Shown here one piece after another: positions 19,112 through 26,888 of a stretch of 64,000 nt of DNA. Position 1 is the stretch's first letter. Each line of letters begins with the position of its first letter. The notes below the pieces were generated by a model. That model was not told the DNA's origin and made no database searches. It saw only the letters and a program-made list of their open reading frames with translations. Location: positions 2,208,001 to 2,272,000 of the forward strand of contig CBDBDQ010000005.1 of NCBI GenBank assembly GCA_965203905.1. The letters run 5' to 3'. The translations under genes were made by a program, and so were the position numbers. This stretch comes from Spirochaetia bacterium. Lineage in GTDB: Bacteria; Spirochaetota; Spirochaetia; SZUA-6; Bin103.

Positions 19112-20119
19112 CTACCCGGCCGGTGGTTCGTGGACCAGTGCTGCGCGGGTAATCGGATGCTCGCCGAGCACCGGCACGGTCGCCTTTGCTTGCACCCCTC
19201 CGACCAACTCCAGAGAGTCGCCGAATTCGCATGACCTGATGCGCCGCTCGATCAGGTTGACGAACGTGGGGTTCAACTCAACTCCGACCCATTTTCTCCC
19301 CAGATCCTCAGCCGCCAGCAACGTTGTTCCGGAACCGGCATACGGATCCAGCACCACGTCATGCGGACGGCTGGTGATAGCGACGCATCGCCGTGCCAGC
19401 GTCATCGGCATCATCGCGGGATGATCATCCATGGTGCCGTCGCGCCGTAGCGGCTCCGTCGGAATGTCCCAGACCGTCCTCAGGCGGCGCCCCTTGGGTC
19501 CACGTACCACGTCGATGTCATAGTAGTAGTCCTGACTCTTTGACAGGAGGAATATGGTCTCGTGGGCTTTCGTCGGGCGATCGCGAACCGATTCCGGATG
19601 GGCATTCGGCTTGTGCCAGATGACCTCCGAGCGTAGCCACCAGCCCCGGTCCTGTAGGGCGAAGGCGAGCCGCCAGGGGATTCCGATCAGATCCTTGGGT
19701 TTGAGACCTTCCGGCGTCACTGGGCGCACCGTCATGGCGCGCGCCCGATTCTTGCGGTCCGGGGCGCGATATCGGCGGTTTCCCGACGTATAGGCGTCAC
19801 CCACGTTCAGCCACACCGTGCCATCGTCCGTGAGAACGCGGCGGAGCTTGTCGAACGTCTCCACGATGCTTGCCAGGTAGTCACTCAGGGGATCGTCCCG
19901 ACCGATCTGCCGATCGACCTCGTAGTTTCGGAGTGACCAGTATGGCGGCGAGGTCACCACTGTCTGAACGCTGCGCTCGGGAAGCAGGTCCATGGCATCA
20001 TTCGCGCATCCACACAGCAGCACCGACCGCTCCAGGCTGATATTCGCGGCTGGACCCTTCGTATCGAGCCGAATATAGTAAGGTTGTAACGACTCGCCCA
20101 CGGGAATTCGTTCACTCAT
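19112..20119 (-). CDS. site-specific DNA methyltransferase (N4-C/N6-A, beta class), orphan
   Basis: Motif IV TSPPY precedes motif I DPYAGSGTT, with IWHKPN and HPAMMP. The ~40-aa C-terminal tail looks like read-through. Confidence 0.92.
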   Translation of the reverse strand: MSERIPVGESLQPYYIRLDTKGPAANISLERSVLLCGCANDAMDLLPERSVQTVVTSPPYWSLRNYEVDRQIGRDDPLSDYLASIVETFDKLRRVLTDDGTVWLNVGDAYTSGNRRYRAPDRKNRARAMTVRPVTPEGLKPKDLIGIPWRLAFALQDRGWWLRSEVIWHKPNAHPESVRDRPTKAHETIFLLSKSQDYYYDIDVVRGPKGRRLRTVWDIPTEPLRRDGTMDDHPAMMPMTLARRCVAITSRPHDVVLDPYAGSGTTLLAAEDLGRKWVGVELNPTFVNLIERRIRSCEFGDSLELVGGVQAKATVPVLGEHPITRAALVHEPPAG

Positions 20120-20185
20120 CTTAACGCATCAGCAGTTCTTGGTGCGGGCTGCTTCAGAGACGCGGTAGAACCAGCACCCATGGGT

Positions 20186-20215
20186 TCAGCAGGAGCACGT
20201 TCTTGTTGGCCTGCA
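20186..20215. repeat. 30-bp direct repeat, copy 1
   Basis: TCAGCAGGAGCACGTTCTTGTTGGCCTGCA; 29/30 identical to 21603-21632. Confidence 0.9.
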
Positions 20216-20524
20216 GGTTGGTACGCCGGCTGCCTTATCGTTGGATTCACGTGACGTGACGCCCGGCTACTGGCTCACCTCATGGGTTTAAGGTGACGCG
20301 GCCGGGCAGTGACAGGTCGCCGGAGACAACGTCGTGCACTCCGGTGACGCACCCCAACGGGGCCTCAGCCTGTCGTTGATCTGCAGCTCCGCCGTCACGG
20401 CGTCGAACGACACGTTCTCGGTCTCGCTGACCGGGATCAGTGAGAGGCAGCGGTTGCGTCGGCACAGAGCGCGCCCGTCAGGTCCCAGGCTTGGCGTCAG
20501 CGTCCGGCCGAAAGGTTGCAAGCC

Positions 20525-21328
20525 TTACCCGTTATCCATGTGTTCCGACACGATCGTCCAGAAGGAGCCTCGGAGCTGATGTCTGGCTTCCTGATTGTCG
20601 CGAAGAGAACTCCCCAGGGCTTGCTCGCCGGTATGGATCAGTTCCGAGTCGATCAGAGACGGAATCCGGGGACGACCCTCAAGTAAAGTTCGAATTTCGT
20701 CTGAGTTCGCACTCTCGAGCCACTGTGCGGCGAATGTCTTTCCCACATCGGACAAGTCAGCATCGCCACCAATCTGTGGATATGGAGCTTGCGGGGTTGT
20801 GAAATACGCGCAAATATCCTCTCGATTCAAAACCACTACGTCGTCGGATTCGTATACCAGCTCTGGAGACTGGTTGCGTGATCCCGGCACTGGAGAAACT
20901 CCAATAAGGGTCACCCGCACTCCTTGATCCTGAGCCTCTTTAACCCCTTCGCGCAAGTCCTCATCGCCTGCTAGCAGGAAGGCTTCAGCTATCGCCCGAT
21001 CACGGGCAAGCGTCATGAGGTCCCGATAGATTAATGCATCTACTCCTTTCTGTTGTCCACGCGCATTGATCCGACCCAAGCGAAGCTTCACGTTGGGTAG
21101 ACAAGCAATGGCCTGTTGGCTCACGGTTCTGAGACCGAATCGCGCGCCGTCGTACCAGTAGGTGCGGAGAAATCTGAGCCCACATCGTTCTCGCAGTACA
21201 TTCGTCAGCATCACATTCAGATCTCGTTCGTTCACCTCGAATCGACGACGGGATGCCGTTCCGCAGCAGAGCTTTCCGCCTTCCGCGTACAAGTAGCCAG
21301 CATCCAAGAACAGCGCGAACTGGTCCAT
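20525..21328 (-). CDS. NYN domain (LabA/DUF88, PIN-fold) putative RNase with C-terminal extension
   Basis: FLDAGYL, RTYWYD, QQKGVD and LAGDEDL; ATG at 21328 with GGAGGT at 21333-21338. Confidence 0.92.
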   Translation of the reverse strand: MDQFALFLDAGYLYAEGGKLCCGTASRRRFEVNERDLNVMLTNVLRERCGLRFLRTYWYDGARFGLRTVSQQAIACLPNVKLRLGRINARGQQKGVDALIYRDLMTLARDRAIAEAFLLAGDEDLREGVKEAQDQGVRVTLIGVSPVPGSRNQSPELVYESDDVVVLNREDICAYFTTPQAPYPQIGGDADLSDVGKTFAAQWLESANSDEIRTLLEGRPRIPSLIDSELIHTGEQALGSSLRDNQEARHQLRGSFWTIVSEHMDNG

Positions 21329-21338
21329 CAAGACCTCC

Positions 21339-21363
21339 AAAAAAAGGGCCTCCGAAGAGGCCC
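21339..21363 (-). terminator. intrinsic terminator abutting the NYN RBS
   Basis: The minus strand reads GGGCCTC-TTCG-GAGGCCC-TTTTTTT (cUUCGg tetraloop), immediately followed by GGAGGT. Confidence 0.85.
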
Positions 21364-21416
21364 CGGCTCCCCATCGAGGAGCTATCAAAACAAAGATGAT
21401 CGCCACAATGGCGATC
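21339..21416 (-). ncRNA. putative three-hairpin leader / small RNA upstream of the second NYN gene
   Basis: GATCGCCA-ttg-TGGCGATC (21398-21416), a U-rich linker, GCTCCTC-gat-GGGGAGC (21366-21382), then the terminator. RNA status is inferred. Confidence 0.55.
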
Positions 21417-21421
21417 GATAG

Positions 21422-21450
21422 AATGTACCGTGGTGGCTACCGAGCGTCAA
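21422..21450 (-). promoter_or_regulatory. sigma70 promoter TTGACG-N17-TACATT
   Basis: -35 at 21450-21445 and -10 at 21427-21422. The predicted start near 21416 is the first base of hairpin 1. Confidence 0.75.
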
Positions 21451-21602
21451 CCCTCGCGGATCGGTAGATCGTCGGTCGGATGGCATGTTCCTGCAGCACT
21501 CTTCGGGTAGCCGGAGAGGCTGCCTAGCGGAGGCCGGTAGAAGCCGGATGTCCGCTTCCGGCTGGCGTAAATTGACCAGTAGGTTGGCACCGCCGGGCTC
21601 GG

Positions 21603-21632
21603 TCAGCAGGAGCACGTTCTCGTTGGCCTGCA
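21603..21632. repeat. 30-bp direct repeat, copy 2
   Basis: TCAGCAGGAGCACGTTCTCGTTGGCCTGCA. Confidence 0.9.
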
Positions 21633-21733
21633 CGTCGTCCGACGAGGAGAGCGGCGCGATCTGCCACGAACAGCGAGCCGGAGCATGACCGTTTCCGCGC
21701 GCTGCTCGGGCTGATACGGTGGCCGCACTGCCG

Positions 21734-23584
21734 ATGGGTGCGAATGCCGACTCCGAGCCGCGTCCTTCCGGGGCTGCCCGTCGATACAGCCTGCTGCGCG
21801 GCCTCGGGGTCGTCGCGGGAGACGCCCCGGTTGCGGCTGCGGTTCGCGCCGTGGCGGCGCTGGCGGCCGGAGCCGCCACCGGTCCCCTCCTGGTCCTGGC
21901 GACCGAACGCTTCATTGCAGCCGCCCTCGACGTCGCCGGCGGGGAGTTGCCGTTCGCCGCCATCGCCGCGCCGGTGGTTATGCTCCTGGCGCTGTTCGCG
22001 GTCGAGGTGCTGCAGACCGCGGTGCGCAGCCTGACCGACGCACGCATCGAGATGGGACTGCGCGGCGGTTTCCGCACCGATCTGACCGCGAAGCGGGCGC
22101 GGCTGGAGTATCGCCACCTCGAGAGCCCCGAGACGGCCGACCTGCTGCGCCGCGTCGCGACGGGACCGCAGATGGAGTCGCAGCCGGCGCCCGAGCGGGG
22201 ACCGGTCAAGCAGGCGTTCGACGACGTGATCGGACTGGCGGCCGTCGCCGTGCGGGTGATCGGCATCGCCGTGGTGCTGGCGCGGCTGAGCTGGTGGATC
22301 GTTCCCGTGGTGCTGGTGGTCACGGTGCCGTTCGTGCTGCTCGGCATCAGGGGCGGGCGGCGGGCGTACGAGCTGGAGCGCCGCGTGGCACGCCGGCGGC
22401 GCCGCGCCGAGTACCTCTCGGGCGAGGTGCTGCAGGGTCGAGATTCCGCTGCCGAGCGGGCGCTGTTCGGCTACTCCGACTATGTGCAGAGCCGGTGGCG
22501 CAGCGTCTTCGAAGGGGTGGTGCGGCTGGAGATGCTCTGGAATGCGCGCATCTGGGTGCGCTTCAAGAGTGCCGGCGGGGTGGCGATCGCCGGCATCATC
22601 ATTGCCATGCTGGCGTTCCTGAGGCCGCTCCAGACCGGGGCCATCGACGTTGCCTTCTACGTCGCCGCGGTCATGGCGCTGCTGCAGGCTGAGCGCGTGG
22701 TGGCGCAGGAGCTGGTCCAGATCACCTCCCGCCTCGCTCAGCACCGGGAGTTCTTCCGCGACCTGACCACCTTTTCCGAGCTGGCCGAGACCCGGCGCGC
22801 GCTCACCAGGCGCCCGCCGGAAGGCGGCTTCAGGTCCATCGAGTTCGTCGGGGTGAGCTTCGCCTACCCCGGCACGGACGCTCCGGTCTTGAAGGAGGTG
22901 AGCTTCGTGCTGGAGGCGGGACGCCACTATGCCCTGGTGGGCGCCAACGGAGCCGGCAAGTCCACCATCACCAAGCTGATGCTGGGATTGTACCCGCCCA
23001 CCGGCGGTGAGATCCTGATCGACGGCAGACCAATTGCCGAGTGGCCGCAGGATGCGCTCAACGGCCTGTTCGGCGTGGTGTTCCAGGACTTCGCCCGCTA
23101 CTCCCTGACGCTGCGCGACAACGTCTTCCTGCGCGCTCGGGGCCGCGACGACGCCGCCCTGGTCGCGGCAGCCCTGGAACAGGCGGGCCTCGGGGAACTG
23201 GTCGGCGGGCTGCCCGGCGGCGCCGATACGCCGCTCGGGAAAGTGCTGGCCGGCGGGGTGGACATCTCCGGCGGGCAGTGGCAGCGGCTGGCCCTGGCCC
23301 GCTCGCTGGCTGACGCGGCGCCGGTACGCATCCTCGACGAGCCCACCGCGGCGCTCGATCCGCTGGCCGAGAGCGAGTTGTACCACTCCTACGCGCGGGC
23401 GGCGGCGGGGCTCACGACGCTGTTCATCAGCCATCGTCTGGGCTCGACCAAGATCGCCGACCGCATCCTGGTGGTGGACGGCGGCGTGATCGGCGAGTCC
23501 GGCACCCACGACGAGTTGATGCGGCGGCAAGGCCGTTACGCGCAGATGTTCGCCGCACAGAGGCAGTGGTATGAAGCCGGCTGA
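21734..23584 (+). CDS. ABC exporter half-transporter (TMD+NBD)
   Basis: TM region, GANGAGKS, ISGGQ, ILDEP and SHR. The start is uncertain (21719 or 21734). Confidence 0.9.
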   Translation: MGANADSEPRPSGAARRYSLLRGLGVVAGDAPVAAAVRAVAALAAGAATGPLLVLATERFIAAALDVAGGELPFAAIAAPVVMLLALFAVEVLQTAVRSLTDARIEMGLRGGFRTDLTAKRARLEYRHLESPETADLLRRVATGPQMESQPAPERGPVKQAFDDVIGLAAVAVRVIGIAVVLARLSWWIVPVVLVVTVPFVLLGIRGGRRAYELERRVARRRRRAEYLSGEVLQGRDSAAERALFGYSDYVQSRWRSVFEGVVRLEMLWNARIWVRFKSAGGVAIAGIIIAMLAFLRPLQTGAIDVAFYVAAVMALLQAERVVAQELVQITSRLAQHREFFRDLTTFSELAETRRALTRRPPEGGFRSIEFVGVSFAYPGTDAPVLKEVSFVLEAGRHYALVGANGAGKSTITKLMLGLYPPTGGEILIDGRPIAEWPQDALNGLFGVVFQDFARYSLTLRDNVFLRARGRDDAALVAAALEQAGLGELVGGLPGGADTPLGKVLAGGVDISGGQWQRLALARSLADAAPVRILDEPTAALDPLAESELYHSYARAAAGLTTLFISHRLGSTKIADRILVVDGGVIGESGTHDELMRRQGRYAQMFAAQRQWYEAG

Positions 23585-25346
23585 CCGACCCTCCTACCTG
23601 CGCGTCCTCGGCACGGTGATCGGCCTGCTGAGCCGGCGCGCGCCGCTGCCGCTCATTGCGCAAGCAGCCGTCGGGCTGGTGCTCATGGGCGCCAATGTGC
23701 TGGTGTTCTTCCTGCTGGAGCGGCTGATGTCGCAGGTAGCGGGCAGCGGGCCGCCGGAGGATCTGGTTGGGCCCATTCTCGTGGTGGGTGCAGTGATCGT
23801 AGTGCGAGAATTGCTGGAGGTGGTGGCCGATCCGCTGGCCGTCTACCTCGGCGGCAAGGGCTCCAGCGCCCTGACCGCGGCGTTGAACGAGAAGGCGGCG
23901 CGACTGGAGGTCGTCGAATTCGAGACCCTCGCCGCCCACGAGCGCCTGGAGCTGGCCAAGCGGGGCGTGGACGCCGCCGTTTCGATGCTGCTGGCCTTCC
24001 TGTTCCCCGTGTTCCAGCTCACCTTCTTCGTGATGGCGGCCGGCTATCTCTTTTCTCTCTCGCCGCTGCTGGCGCTGGTCATTCCGCTGATGTTCGCACC
24101 CCGCATCGCCAGTTACCTGATCCACGGCAGCCGCCACTACCGGCTCGAACGGAAGACGGTCCCGCTGCTGCGCGAGTTTCAGTACCTGGAGCGCTGCCTG
24201 GTGGACCGCGAGTACTTCAAGGAAACCAGGATCCTCGGCGCCGGAGCTTATCTCCTCAAGCGCTATCGCGCCGCCATCGGCCGCTTCAGCGCGGCACGGT
24301 GGCGCGAGGATGTGCGTCTGGGCGCCATCGACCTGGGGTTGAACGTGCTCGTGCTGATCGGCTACGGCGGATCGTTCCTCCTGGCGGCGCTGCTGCTGGC
24401 GGGCGGCAGCATCACCGTCGGCGGGTTCGCGGTGGTGATCTACGCGGTGAGCCGACTGATGCGGATGACGCAAGCGGTGATGGGCATGCTCGGCAGCTCC
24501 TACCGCGCCAGCGCCACGGCGTCCCACCTGCTGGAGTTCCTGCGTCTCGACGAGGGCCGACCACCGGGTGATCGCACTGTCGCCGCAGCGGCGGGGAACC
24601 TGACCGTACGCGGGGTCGCCTTCACGTACCCCGGGAGCGAACGGGATGCCGTGAGCGGGATGAATCTCGAGGTCGGCCGGGGGACGACGCTGGCCCTGGT
24701 GGGGGCCAACGGCGCCGGCAAGACCACCCTCGCCAAGCTGCTGCTGGGGCTGTACGTCCCGACTTCCGGACGGGTGACAAGGGGCGGCGTCGATACCCGA
24801 AAGACGTCCAGGACCGCGATACGGGCCGCCACCTCGGCAGTGTTCCAGAATTATCAGCGCTACCAGATGAGCCTGCGCGACAACGTCATCCTGGCGGATA
24901 CGCCGGCAGCGGGAAACGGGTCGCGGCTGCTGAAGGCGCTGCGTGAAGGTGGCGTACCGGAGGAGCTGTGGCACCGCTCGGAGGGGCTGGACGTGATGCT
25001 GTCGCGCGAGTTCGGCACCCGTGACCTCTCCCTCGGGCAGTGGCAGCGGCTGGCCATCGCGCGCGGACTGTTCCGCGAGCATGACACGATCCTGCTGGAC
25101 GAACCGACGGCGTCGATCGACCCGCTGGAGGAGCAGGCGGTGTACGAGCGGTTCCTGAAGATCGCGGCCGGGCGCACCGCGATCATCGTCACCCACCGCC
25201 TCGCCTCGGCGCGGCTGGCCGACCGCATCCTGGTGCTGGACGGCGGCCGCATCGTCGAAGACGGCACCCACGAGCAGCTGCTGGCCCGCCGCGGCCTGTA
25301 CCACCGCATGTTTACCGCCCAGGCCGCCTGGTATGAGCGAAGCTGA
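23571..25346 (+). CDS. ABC exporter half-transporter (TMD+NBD)
   Basis: GANGAGKT, LSLGQ, LLDEP and THR; overlaps the partner gene. Confidence 0.9.
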   Translation: MKPADRPSYLRVLGTVIGLLSRRAPLPLIAQAAVGLVLMGANVLVFFLLERLMSQVAGSGPPEDLVGPILVVGAVIVVRELLEVVADPLAVYLGGKGSSALTAALNEKAARLEVVEFETLAAHERLELAKRGVDAAVSMLLAFLFPVFQLTFFVMAAGYLFSLSPLLALVIPLMFAPRIASYLIHGSRHYRLERKTVPLLREFQYLERCLVDREYFKETRILGAGAYLLKRYRAAIGRFSAARWREDVRLGAIDLGLNVLVLIGYGGSFLLAALLLAGGSITVGGFAVVIYAVSRLMRMTQAVMGMLGSSYRASATASHLLEFLRLDEGRPPGDRTVAAAAGNLTVRGVAFTYPGSERDAVSGMNLEVGRGTTLALVGANGAGKTTLAKLLLGLYVPTSGRVTRGGVDTRKTSRTAIRAATSAVFQNYQRYQMSLRDNVILADTPAAGNGSRLLKALREGGVPEELWHRSEGLDVMLSREFGTRDLSLGQWQRLAIARGLFREHDTILLDEPTASIDPLEEQAVYERFLKIAAGRTAIIVTHRLASARLADRILVLDGGRIVEDGTHEQLLARRGLYHRMFTAQAAWYERS

Positions 25347-25371
25347 CGGGCGCGTCGTCTCGGACCGCAGC

Positions 25372-26142
25372 CTACCGGCGACGCAGGTAGCGTTGGGTAA
25401 AGTACCGGTCCGGGATCTCGCCAGAGAAGGACAGCTCTTCGAATACGATCTCCGATACGTGGCCGGTCTGATGGTTGAGCATCCGCACCCGGGACGGGAA
25501 GGCATAGCCGTCGGCCTCGTGCTCTTCCTGCACGATCAGTTCCTTCAACAGATCGCCGGCCAGGTCGTAGAACACGACCCTTTCCCGCGCGAAGTTGTCC
25601 TTGCGAATGAAGTGCTCCTCGCGGGAGTAGCCGAACGTGCGCTGCAACTCCGGGGTGCGACCGCGTACGTCCACCACGAAGTGGGTGTCGTCATCCGTAG
25701 GGAGCAGGGCGCGCACGTACTCGGTTTCGTCGCGGCTCACCAGATCGCGAAACGTGAAGTCGCTGCCGAGGAAATAACCGCCGCCGGAGGAACCGAGGTC
25801 GACCCGCTTGATGCGGTCCATCGCGGGCAGGTACATCCACATGCTGTCCTCGCCCTGTTCCGTGTTGGAATGGACCAGCAGCGCCGTGTCGCGCACGTTG
25901 GGCGGGAAGGTGAACACGAACAGCCGGTCCTGCCGCTCCGCGTCGCGCTGTTTCTGGTAGGAGTCGGCGCGGATCACCCGCTGGTCGCCGCTCGGCGAGG
26001 TGATGGTCAGGGTGATGGAGGCCGAAATATTGTCGGGCGCGCCGCGCGCATCGGCGCGGGCCGCGATCTCGGCCGCGTCCTGGGCCGCTACCGGGGATGC
26101 CGCTGCCAGTCCGGCGACCAGTGCGAGGGCAATGAAGAGCAT
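25372..26142 (-). CDS. outer-membrane lipoprotein-sorting (LolA-like) protein
   Basis: Signal peptide, F..PPNVRDTALL, WMYLPA..RIKR, FLGSDFT..DL, and C-terminal IPD..FT..YL. Confidence 0.85.
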   Translation of the reverse strand: MLFIALALVAGLAAASPVAAQDAAEIAARADARGAPDNISASITLTITSPSGDQRVIRADSYQKQRDAERQDRLFVFTFPPNVRDTALLVHSNTEQGEDSMWMYLPAMDRIKRVDLGSSGGGYFLGSDFTFRDLVSRDETEYVRALLPTDDDTHFVVDVRGRTPELQRTFGYSREEHFIRKDNFARERVVFYDLAGDLLKELIVQEEHEADGYAFPSRVRMLNHQTGHVSEIVFEELSFSGEIPDRYFTQRYLRRR

Positions 26143-26191
26143 GCAGGTATCAGTTTAGCCGTGTTTCCACAGGTTTCAACCGCTGGAATGC

Positions 26192-26220
26192 TTGCAACCT
26201 CACGGGTGGAGTGTTACCGT
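26192..26220 (+). promoter_or_regulatory. sigma70-like promoter TTGCAA-N17-TACCGT with TG extension
   Basis: Lies upstream of the GGGAGG RBS and the ATG at 26264. Confidence 0.45.
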
Positions 26221-26263
26221 GGACTTGAACGTGGACATGACGTCCGCGTTGGGAGGGATACTC

Positions 26264-26851
26264 ATGAAGATCGTTTCGCATATGGCAATTGTGACGGCCG
26301 TGTTGCTGACGGCGCTGCTGGTTGGCTGCGCAGATGGTCCGGGCAAGGCCCCCGACGAGGAAAAGCCGGCGGAGGAAAAGCCGCCGGAGGAAATGCCGGA
26401 GACACCCGCACCACCCCCGACGCAGGTGTTCAGTGGCACTTTCGTAGCCACCCCGGACAATCCCTTAATTCCCTTGACCGGGACGATTACCGCTAACATC
26501 ACCGGCATCAATCAAGCTGGCGAAGACCTGACTGACCCCGAATTAGCCGCAGTGATCGCGGGACTTGGCGGTGCTGAGCAGACTTTCACTTACGTGGCTT
26601 CGATTACTATGGAGGGGACTACGATCACGCTGACCGGCGGGCTGATCGATGCACTGATTGCACCCGGAGCGAGCGTTACGGCAAGCAGGTCAGAGCCGGC
26701 GACGGACCCGACGACAGCCTTGTTCGGAACGTGGATGGTCACAATGCCGCCGGATCCTGAAACGATGGTAACCACCACGTTGACGCTCGTTACTACGGCT
26801 CCGGATAGCTTCACACTGACGGTAGCCCACGCGCTGCCGGCATCCAGTTAG
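26264..26851 (+). CDS. hypothetical lipoprotein
   Basis: Lipobox LLVGC, an E/K/P-rich linker, a Thr-rich beta-type body, and lower-GC codon usage. Confidence 0.8.
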   Translation: MKIVSHMAIVTAVLLTALLVGCADGPGKAPDEEKPAEEKPPEEMPETPAPPPTQVFSGTFVATPDNPLIPLTGTITANITGINQAGEDLTDPELAAVIAGLGGAEQTFTYVASITMEGTTITLTGGLIDALIAPGASVTASRSEPATDPTTALFGTWMVTMPPDPETMVTTTLTLVTTAPDSFTLTVAHALPASS

Positions 26852-26888
26852 CCGGGTAGCGCGGGGCCGACCCCCACGGCGGGCGGCG

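Noticed and set aside
18956-19234. Small + strand ORFs between the acetamidase and MTase genes
   Set aside because: No family is recognisable and the frames are inconsistent. It is probably a degraded remnant that I cannot name.
21329-21406. Longer NYN-2 start proposed by the ORF track
   Set aside because: It runs through the hairpins and terminator, whereas ATG 21328 has a perfect GGAGGT and the family-typical start.
20186-21632. 30-bp repeats as a CRISPR array or a DGR TR/VR pair
   Set aside because: There are only two copies 1.4 kb apart, they are not palindromic, and there are no cas or reverse transcriptase genes in the window.
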